Source of the DNA: a virus
Virus record (IMG/VR): IMGVR_UViG_3300045988_000846
Span: 1-18,128 of that record
Strand: one strand, 5' to 3'
Length of the DNA stretch: 18,128 bases
Below the pieces are notes generated by a model that saw only the letters and a list, made by a program, of their open reading frames with translations, searched no databases and was not told the DNA's origin. Numbering within the stretch: position 1 is the stretch's first letter; each line of letters begins with the position of its first letter. The translations under genes were made by a program, and so were the position numbers. Shown here one piece after another: positions 1 through 5,108 of the stretch.

Positions 1-202
1 AAGGAGGGGAGGGGTCCCAGCAGCTATCCTTTTTCCACAACTGCTCTATCCTGTGTTTTGCATTGCTGTTGCTTTGTGTGTTTTTGTATTGCCGTTGTTC
101 TCTGTGTTTTTCGTTTCCGCTCTCTTTGTGTTCGTTTCCTTGTCTTGTTTTGTCTTCGTTTTTTTGTGTGTTTTGGGTGTGTTGTTTTTTGTGGCGTGTT
201 AT
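1..202. repeat. Left inverted terminal repeat (ITR-L), 202 bp
   Basis: Positions 1-202 (AAGGAGGGGAGGGGTCCCAGC...GTGGCGTGTTAT) are the exact reverse complement of 17927-18128, compared base by base. Identity breaks at 203 (G) versus the complement of 17926 (A). The repeat starts at the first base of the window. Confidence 0.97.
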
Positions 203-205
203 GAT
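197..205 (+). promoter_or_regulatory. Extended -10 promoter-like element TGtTATGAT straddling the ITR/unique boundary
   Basis: TG-n-TATGAT at 197-205. The first 6 nt lie inside the ITR and the last 3 in unique DNA. The predicted start near 212 gives a ~29-nt leader carrying AAGGAAGGAAG (222-232) before ATG 241. There is no good -35. Confidence 0.45.
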
Positions 206-240
206 GTGAGTATCAACCGATAAGGAAGGAAGTAAATAAA

Positions 241-441
241 ATGATTAACAACAACATCATCAAGGATTACGTTGAGGATTACATCTTAAATAGTAATCAA
301 TTCATTGATGAGTTTGACGTTGATGCGATTGTTGAAAATCTGCATCATGTGGCCTTGGTTAATGATATAACTATTGAGGGATATGACGATTGCGATTCGT
401 TTCCGGCTGATGATTTTACGGAAGCGTTCAAGGAAGCGTGA
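241..441 (+). CDS. Small, very acidic early protein (66 aa), function unknown; possible DNA-mimic or host-takeover protein
   Basis: ATG 241 is preceded by a strong SD (222-232). Composition is 17 Asp/Glu, 2 Lys and 0 Arg. The gene is visibly AT-rich compared with the genome core. It is the first gene inside the left ITR. Confidence 0.8.
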   Translation: MINNNIIKDYVEDYILNSNQFIDEFDVDAIVENLHHVALVNDITIEGYDDCDSFPADDFTEAFKEA

Positions 442-446
442 AGGAT

Positions 447-515
447 ATGTTTCTTTCTGTTCTCGTTATCTGCTCGTGTGTTGTTGGTGTTGTTGTCGTC
501 TTTGGCATGATATAG
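447..515 (+). CDS. Possible 22-codon hydrophobic mini-ORF (MFLSVLVICSCVVGVVVVFGMI)
   Basis: ATG 447 to TAG 513-515. AAGGA lies only 1 nt upstream, which is poor spacing. Its hydrophobicity could simply reflect the T/G-rich strand. Confidence 0.15.
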   Translation: MFLSVLVICSCVVGVVVVFGMI

Positions 516-518
516 AAT
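490..518 (+). promoter_or_regulatory. Putative early promoter (TTGTTG - 17 nt - TAGAAT; alternatively the TGaTATAGA extended -10 at 508-516)
   Basis: TTGTTG at 490-495, a 17-nt spacer, then TAGAAT at 513-518. The TGATATA core (508-514) is the same as in the boxes at 7218 and 9636. It lies in the 173-nt non-coding gap upstream of gene 615. Confidence 0.35.
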
Positions 519-535
519 CGTGTTAGAAGGTTGAA

Positions 536-604
536 ATGTTGGATATTGTTTGTTGGACGGCGGTTGTCGTTGTGGTTTCCGTCGTTTTAGTGTCGTATCT
601 GTGA
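536..604 (+). CDS. Possible 22-codon hydrophobic mini-ORF (MLDIVCWTAVVVVVSVVLVSYL)
   Basis: ATG 536 has AGAAGG (525-530) 5 nt upstream. TGA 602-604 overlaps the GTGAGG SD of gene 615. It lies downstream of the putative promoter at 490-518. It is too short for the ORF track. Confidence 0.3.
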   Translation: MLDIVCWTAVVVVVSVVLVSYL

Positions 605-614
605 GGTAAATGAA

Positions 615-860
615 ATGGTTAAGGATGATAGGAAGATTGCCACGTTCCATTCTCCGTTCAGGGGCGGTGACGTTGGATTATGGTATTGCGCTCATCGCAA
701 TGTGTACGAACTTCGGTATGATGTCCGATTTTATTCGATGGACGGACTGACTGATGCAGTTGCATTAACGCCGTATGACGCATGTAACTACGACCAAGTG
801 GTCGACATCATCGTCGACGCTACTAACTTGGCGCTCACTCCACTTTTAGGGAGGGGTTAG
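615..860 (+). CDS. Hypothetical early protein (81 aa)
   Basis: ATG 615 is preceded by GTGAGGT. It is tightly packed with the next gene (stop 860, next ATG 863). I recognise no motif. Confidence 0.7.
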   Translation: MVKDDRKIATFHSPFRGGDVGLWYCAHRNVYELRYDVRFYSMDGLTDAVALTPYDACNYDQVVDIIVDATNLALTPLLGRG

Positions 861-862
861 CC

Positions 863-1066
863 ATGTATTTTCGTGGTTGGATTCATTCGTGGACCTGCGG
901 CAACTGTCCTGACGCTAACATATATTGGCGTTTACGTGCGTTTTGGGCAGGCGTGAAGCATAGACGTAGCGCGGATAATCCGCCGAAACGTTGCCCGAGC
1001 GGTTTTCTGTGGGAAACGTTGTGGCTGGACGGTTATGATAGTAACGAAGACACATTGGAGTTTTAA
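863..1066 (+). CDS. Hypothetical early protein (67 aa), Trp-rich with a CGNC motif
   Basis: ATG 863 is preceded by GGGAGGGG. It has 7 Trp in 67 aa, plus CxxC and one more Cys. I recognise no family. Confidence 0.65.
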   Translation: MYFRGWIHSWTCGNCPDANIYWRLRAFWAGVKHRRSADNPPKRCPSGFLWETLWLDGYDSNEDTLEF

Positions 1067-1068
1067 TT

Positions 1069-1593
1069 ATGAAATTGAAGAATTTGAATTTTGATAAAAG
1101 CGAAAAACGTACGAACTGGTTTGATGATGGCGTACTGGATGACGACCGTGTGCGCCGTGTCATTCGGGGGCGCCGCCGTAATCTGCACTTGCGCGAATAC
1201 AATCGAGGAGAAGGCGATTGGGAAACATTATGTCGTAGCATAATACTGCTCAAGAACTTTTACGAGCCTCAAGGGTCGCAAGTGGCGTTCGCCGACGGAG
1301 TGGAACATGCGGCAAACGTTTGTCTGTCACTGTCCCCCCGCACATCCCGTATCGGAGCGTTGGCGCGAACTCAGGACATTGAAATGCTGGGCGGCGTTAT
1401 TTATGCTCCGGCAATGGTGGCGTGGTGCGCCGTCTGTCATGTCAAGGGCGCGACATGCTATGAAATGTGCAAAGTCTGGGATGGCAACGAATTTGCCCAG
1501 ACTATTGTCAAAATCGCGTGTCGATGTTTTGACAATCTCACCGACGTGCGGTATACTGATGAAGACATTGCAAGAATGTCGCAACAGCAGTAA
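1069..1593 (+). CDS. Hypothetical early protein (174 aa), basic N-terminal half and Cys-rich C-terminal half (possible Zn binding)
   Basis: ATG 1069 has GGAG upstream. It contains RRVIRGRRRN and the cluster WCAVCHVKGATCYEMC (C-x2-C-x7-C-x3-C) plus CRC. I recognise no family. Confidence 0.7.
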   Translation: MKLKNLNFDKSEKRTNWFDDGVLDDDRVRRVIRGRRRNLHLREYNRGEGDWETLCRSIILLKNFYEPQGSQVAFADGVEHAANVCLSLSPRTSRIGALARTQDIEMLGGVIYAPAMVAWCAVCHVKGATCYEMCKVWDGNEFAQTIVKIACRCFDNLTDVRYTDEDIARMSQQQ

Positions 1594-1616
1594 CAATAAG
1601 ATAAGGCGGAATGATT

Positions 1617-1931
1617 ATGGCATATATCAAGAGAGCCAAGCATTACAGTATCGTGCGCGGCATCACGCGCGGTGAAAACGGTGAACTCGTTGATACGGAA
1701 GTGGTCGTGAATGGTGCGTGCCGTACAGCTGACATGGCTATGAAGAAAGCCCGCAAAATCAACAAGGACATGCTGCCCATGTCTGCCGAGTATCATGCGC
1801 AGGTAACGCGCATGAATGAGGCGATTTATTGGGCTAATTGCGAATTTGGGGATGATACCATTATCGACTATCCGGGGCCGGTTGACGGCAACGTGGTCGA
1901 AGATGATATTATCACCGAGGAAAATAATTAA
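1617..1931 (+). CDS. Putative histone-like dsDNA-binding protein (phi29 p6-like), 104 aa
   Basis: ATG 1617 (alternative 1611) follows AAGGCGGA. The size matches phi29 p6 as I remember it. GACRTADMAMKKARKI resembles p6 GNLTMEQAQWRMKRKY. It has an acidic C-terminal tail (VVEDDIITEENN) like p6. It lies immediately upstream of the SSB-like gene, as in phi29 transcription order 6-5-3-2. Confidence 0.5.
   Translation: MAYIKRAKHYSIVRGITRGENGELVDTEVVVNGACRTADMAMKKARKINKDMLPMSAEYHAQVTRMNEAIYWANCEFGDDTIIDYPGPVDGNVVEDDIITEENN
1882..1912 (+). promoter_or_regulatory. Promoter-like element (TTGACG - 19 nt - TGaTATTAT) upstream of the SSB-like gene
   Basis: TTGACG at 1882-1887 and extended -10 TGaTATTAT at 1904-1912, inside the 3' end of the p6-like gene and ~47 nt before ATG 1959. 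The spacer is 1-2 nt longer than optimal. Confidence 0.3.
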
Positions 1932-1958
1932 TAACCCCTATAAGGAAAGGCAACACTA

Positions 1959-2396
1959 ATGGCTGACAACGAACTGACCGTAACGAACGGCAACAACTTT
2001 TCCGCAAACGGCACTAACGCCGTATCCCACTTCTTCGACACCACTACTATGGACGGCAAGATGGCGCTCTACAACGCCATGCAAACCGCCGACAAGGTAG
2101 ATGAACATCTTAACGAACCGTTGCATGTCACCAACGTGCTGGCGCAGGCTATCGAAGTCGCCAATCAGGAGACCGGCGAAATCAATGCGTCCACCCGCGT
2201 CGTCATCCACGCAGAGGAAGGTGACTTTGCCGCCGCCTCCCCCACGCTGGCGCACGCATTCGGCAATCTGTTCGCCATTTTCGGCACGCCGGACACGTGG
2301 AACCAGCCACTTGCCCTCAAGGTGGTGGAAAAGAAGAGCCGCCGAGGCTACAAGTTCTTCGACCTTGAACTGGTGCCGGAAGGCAAGCGCAAGTAA
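1959..2396 (+). CDS. Putative single-stranded DNA-binding protein (phi29 p5-like), 145 aa
   Basis: ATG 1959 follows AAGGAAAGG. The C-terminal half aligns by eye with phi29 p5: STRVVIHAEEGDFAAASPTLAHAFGNLFAIF with [31 protein letters not shown], and LKVVEKKSRRGYKFFDLEL with VKVVQGTSSKGNVFFSLQL. It lies directly upstream of the TP/polymerase pair. Confidence 0.6.
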   Translation: MADNELTVTNGNNFSANGTNAVSHFFDTTTMDGKMALYNAMQTADKVDEHLNEPLHVTNVLAQAIEVANQETGEINASTRVVIHAEEGDFAAASPTLAHAFGNLFAIFGTPDTWNQPLALKVVEKKSRRGYKFFDLELVPEGKRK

Positions 2397-2415
2397 CACG
2401 ATTGTCCGCACCGTA

Positions 2416-2450
2416 TGATATCATGGCAATGTCCCTATAGGGATGTTGCC
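2416..2450 (+). promoter_or_regulatory. Intergenic element: extended -10-like TGaTATCAT followed by an 11-bp hairpin
   Basis: TGaTATCAT at 2416-2424. The hairpin pairs GGCAATGTCCC (2425-2435) with GGGATGTTGCC (2440-2450), giving 9 Watson-Crick and 2 G-U pairs. It lies in the 120-nt gap between the SSB-like and TP-like genes. No U tract follows. Confidence 0.3.
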
Positions 2451-2516
2451 GCCAGACTCACCCCCCGCCGTTTCCATCCTTGCGGCGAGGGGTGTTTCAT
2501 ACTCACAGGGGGAACC

Positions 2517-3461
2517 GTGGCAAAACGCAAAAACCGCCGACGCGCTGACATTCTGAAACGCAACGCCGCAATCAGGTCGGCACAGGTACGCCGAGACCGG
2601 GCAGTCGGGGATTACAGTACCGGACGCCTCCCCAAGCGAATCACCGAAACGTTTTTAGGAAATCTCAGTGCCCAACAGCTTGAGCAGGTGGCACGACGTA
2701 TCGGGCAGGAATTCGGAGAACAACAGCAAGCCTTGAGGGCGCGGGATAATGAGCCGTATCAGGTTGTCCCAGATGTTCATATTACGAAACTTGATCGTGA
2801 GATGGCCGCGCGTCCGCTGATAACTGATGCGGAAATCGCCGCCGCCCCGTCGAAACGTCGGAAAACATTGCGGCAGCAGCAGCGCCGCAGAGTTGAGGCA
2901 CGGCAGAAGATTAAGCGTGCCCAACAATTCGAGGCGCTGAGTATGGCCCGCTATACCGTGGGTGAAATGCGTGAAATGGAACGCGCGGGGGAATCTCCGT
3001 TCGACGTGTTAGGCACTCACACGGTCGGCGGTTCGGCACGTGACGAACTCATGCGAAGCCGTGCGAACGTGTTCAGTACAGAGCGTGGAATAAGCCATGC
3101 TCGTACGATGATGCGAGAAGGGAGCCGTAGGAAACTTGAGCGAGAAATGCTTGAATACGCCGGACTTATTGGACGTGCGCCATTACGCGCGGGAACTAGG
3201 CGTATCCCCGAGAACGAGGGTGTTTCTGATTTCGATAAGGTCGCGCAGCAACTTGAAGCATTCGATTTTAGTGTTGCTCAAAGATTCGCCGCCTTGTCGA
3301 ACCGTCAAAAACGATGGCTGATAAACAACACGAATTTCAGCACCGTAGTACGCGAGGCAACATGGTATAATGATAAGGCACACAAATGGGAGACTAAAGC
3401 AGACGCGGGAGATGTAGAGGCACGACTTGATGAATGGATGACCAGCGCAGCAAGACACTAA
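2517..3461 (+). CDS. Putative terminal protein (protein primer), ~314 aa
   Basis: It lies immediately upstream of, and overlaps, the polymerase ORF, the conserved TP-pol arrangement of phi29-type phages. The N-terminus is strongly basic (VAKRKNRRRADILKRNAAIRSAQVRR). The rest is Arg/Glu-rich and looks helical. I chose start GTG 2517 after AGGGGGA; the ORF is open from ATG 2415, so the start is uncertain. Sequence similarity to phi29 TP is not evident by eye beyond the basic N-terminus. Confidence 0.55.
   Translation: MAKRKNRRRADILKRNAAIRSAQVRRDRAVGDYSTGRLPKRITETFLGNLSAQQLEQVARRIGQEFGEQQQALRARDNEPYQVVPDVHITKLDREMAARPLITDAEIAAAPSKRRKTLRQQQRRRVEARQKIKRAQQFEALSMARYTVGEMREMERAGESPFDVLGTHTVGGSARDELMRSRANVFSTERGISHARTMMREGSRRKLEREMLEYAGLIGRAPLRAGTRRIPENEGVSDFDKVAQQLEAFDFSVAQRFAALSNRQKRWLINNTNFSTVVREATWYNDKAHKWETKADAGDVEARLDEWMTSAARH
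3363..3371 (+). promoter_or_regulatory. Consensus extended -10 (TGgTATAAT) inside the 3' part of the TP gene
   Basis: A perfect TGnTATAAT at 3363-3371, ~105 nt upstream of polymerase ATG 3476. It could be an internal promoter for the polymerase or a chance match. Confidence 0.25.
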
Positions 3462-3475
3462 AAAAGGATGGAATC

Positions 3476-4936
3476 ATGCGAGAGCGTCGAACGGCGGTAA
3501 CAGACGGCGCAACACTATTAACGGATGACGGCATAACGCCATTGACGGTGAATGCCGTCATTCGGCTAACCATGCTTGATCATCATACGCGCGTATGGTG
3601 CGCTCACGGATGGCAGGACATCAAGCCCATAGCCGCTCAACTATTGAAACGACTGCCATTGCAATCGAATCCGGCCAAAGATGGAGTCTGGGGCACTTTC
3701 AACATTCGTGGCCATTTCTACAGTTTCCGCGTGCGCATGGGCGGCATCACCGTGGATTTTCTGGACGTGCGCAACATCACGCGCGACGATGGACTGAATG
3801 TTTCACGTGAAACGTTTGGCGGCGCGGATGACTTGGAAACCACGTGGAATATCGCGCAGGAATGCGACGCCCTAAACCTCAAGGGCAATACAATAGCGTC
3901 CATGGCAATGGGCGATTATATCGGCGGGGATTACGCAGGATTCAAACGTCACTTCCCTCCATTGGATAAAGCGGAATATCATCGGATGCGCCCCGCATAC
4001 TATGGGGCGATAGTGTACAGCAGGCCGGGTGAATATCGGGATTGCAGGAGTTGGGACGTGAACAGCCTCTATCCGGGTATCATGCGCGACTTTGCCATGC
4101 CGGTAGGATCTCCCGTTTGGTATGAAGGGGAATATTATTATGACGCTGATTATCCGCTGCATATCGATGTTATCGCGTTCGACGCGCGACTGAAAACGGG
4201 AAAAACGGCGACACTCACAAACATCCTACCCGTATGGGGGTACGAGGGCGAACGTATGGACAGCACGTTGGGCGTCGTCACCATGCCGGTGGCCGACGTG
4301 GATTGGCAGACCTTGACGGAAAACTATGATGTCCATGTGTGGGAGTATATCGGCGGTTGGAAATTCCGTAAATCGCATGGACTCTACTACGAGTATGTGG
4401 ACAAATGGTTCCACGTGAAACAAACCGCAACCGGCGAGCGTCGGCAAATGGCGAAACTATTGCTTAATTCGTTGGTTGGGAAGTTTGGAGCCTCGCTTTA
4501 TCGGCCCATGCTGCACCCAAAGCCTTCTGGCGATGGCGGCGTGGATTTTACTGTAGACAAACCTGAGTCAACCAACTCGCTCGCATGGCTACCAACCGCC
4601 GCATATGTCAACGCCTACGGTCGGCAAATATTGTCACGCGCGATGAACGCGAACGCCGGTCGTGTGCTCTATGCCGATACGGACGGCATGATACTGGACG
4701 GACTGGATGCGCCTGCGGATATCGAAACGGACGATAGGAAACTGGGCGCGTGGAAAAACGACCACACCTATGGAAAACTTCGTATTCTCGGCAATCGCAA
4801 ATACTGCGGTGTGGAGACGGACGGCGGCACGGTGATGCGGTTGAGTGGCGTGCATCGGGCATCCCCTATCCACTACGACGACTTCCTTCCGAGGTCGCGC
4901 CATGTCAATGATGACGGCTGTTTTTTTGTGCTATGA
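3476..4936 (+). CDS. Protein-primed family B DNA polymerase (phi29 gp2-like), 486 aa
   Basis: ATG 3476 follows AAAAAGGATGG; the ORF is open from 3434. Motif A is WDVNSLYPGIM, motif B is KLLLNSLVGKFG and motif C is LYADTDG. A long collinear match to phi29 pol includes SPVWYEGEYYYDADYPLHIDVIAFDARLKTG against EPIVFEGKYVWDEDYPLHIQHIRCEFELKEG. A TPR2-like insertion lies between motifs B and C. The C-terminal VNDDGCFFVL matches VDDTFTIK. Confidence 0.93.
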   Translation: MRERRTAVTDGATLLTDDGITPLTVNAVIRLTMLDHHTRVWCAHGWQDIKPIAAQLLKRLPLQSNPAKDGVWGTFNIRGHFYSFRVRMGGITVDFLDVRNITRDDGLNVSRETFGGADDLETTWNIAQECDALNLKGNTIASMAMGDYIGGDYAGFKRHFPPLDKAEYHRMRPAYYGAIVYSRPGEYRDCRSWDVNSLYPGIMRDFAMPVGSPVWYEGEYYYDADYPLHIDVIAFDARLKTGKTATLTNILPVWGYEGERMDSTLGVVTMPVADVDWQTLTENYDVHVWEYIGGWKFRKSHGLYYEYVDKWFHVKQTATGERRQMAKLLLNSLVGKFGASLYRPMLHPKPSGDGGVDFTVDKPESTNSLAWLPTAAYVNAYGRQILSRAMNANAGRVLYADTDGMILDGLDAPADIETDDRKLGAWKNDHTYGKLRILGNRKYCGVETDGGTVMRLSGVHRASPIHYDDFLPRSRHVNDDGCFFVL

Positions 4937-4937
4937 T
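4929..4937 (+). promoter_or_regulatory. Extended -10 TGcTATGAT overlapping the polymerase stop codon
   Basis: TG-c-TATGAT at 4929-4937. The pol TGA (4934-4936) lies inside the hexamer. A T7 run lies just upstream (4921-4927). A weak -35, aTGACg, sits at 4911-4916 with a 15-nt spacer. The predicted start near 4944-4946 falls right at the base of the long stem described for the ncRNA. Confidence 0.4.
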
Positions 4938-4944
4938 GATCGGT

Positions 4945-5108
4945 AGCGGGGTGTGCGTCCCAAGCTGATTCAATGGCCCGACCGGTGGGCAATCGGTAAG
5001 GCGATTCGGTCGGATGTAGACGTGCGTAGCCAACGCCCATTGACGGCGAGGGAACCCGCACAGCCTAGCAATCCGGCACGGTGGCGTGATTGCCGCCGTG
5101 CCTTCTAC
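4945..5108 (+). ncRNA. Candidate structured ncRNA, proposed packaging RNA (pRNA)
   Basis: The 180-nt gap has no ORF. By-eye folding gives a long interrupted stem pairing 4946-4976 with 5037-5069: TGTGCG/CGCACA, TCCC/GGGA, GCTG/CGGC and TCAATGG/CCATTGA. The stem closes a three-way junction. One arm is a bulged hairpin at 4978-5013 (7 bp + 5 bp, 6-nt bulge GUGGGC, loop GUAAGG). The other is a short hairpin at 5024-5036 (loop AGCCA). A 3' hairpin follows at 5075-5102. The length of ~160 nt is comparable to the 174-nt phi29 pRNA. The genome encodes gp10- and gp16-like partners. Confidence 0.45.
5075..5102 (+). terminator. GC-rich hairpin (11-bp stem), terminator-like
   Basis: GGCACGGTGGC (5075-5085) pairs with GCCGCCGTGCC (5092-5102), giving 10 Watson-Crick and 1 G-U pair with loop GTGATT. 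It is followed by TTCTACCTT, a weak U tract. It sits just before the scaffold SD. Confidence 0.5.

Noticed and set aside
1-14. The G-runs at the extreme terminus (GG A GGGG A GGGG) as a G-quadruplex, and AAGGAGG as a ribosome-binding site.
   Set aside because: There are only three G-tracts, which is too few for a standard intramolecular quadruplex. No ORF follows the SD-like string, and the next ATG in a plausible context is at 241.
345-650. A 101-aa minus-strand ORF spanning the end of gene 241-441 and the T/G-rich spacer.
   Set aside because: It is antisense to a well-supported gene and to the promoter region. It has no SD and a low-complexity product.
1307-1796. Overlapping alternative-frame ORFs (1307-1675 plus strand, 1327-1596 minus, 1458-1796 minus) in the early region.
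   Set aside because: They overlap SD-supported genes 1069-1593 and 1617-1931. They lack ribosome-binding sites and have Arg/Cys-rich junk-like composition.
4899-4927. A weak hairpin (GCC-AT-GTCA / TGAC-GGC) followed by a T7 run near the end of the polymerase gene, resembling an intrinsic terminator.
   Set aside because: The stem is only 4+3 bp with a bulge. Termination in the T run would precede the polymerase stop codon (4934-4936) and yield non-stop mRNA. The T run more plausibly acts as AT-rich upstream DNA for the -10 at 4929-4937.
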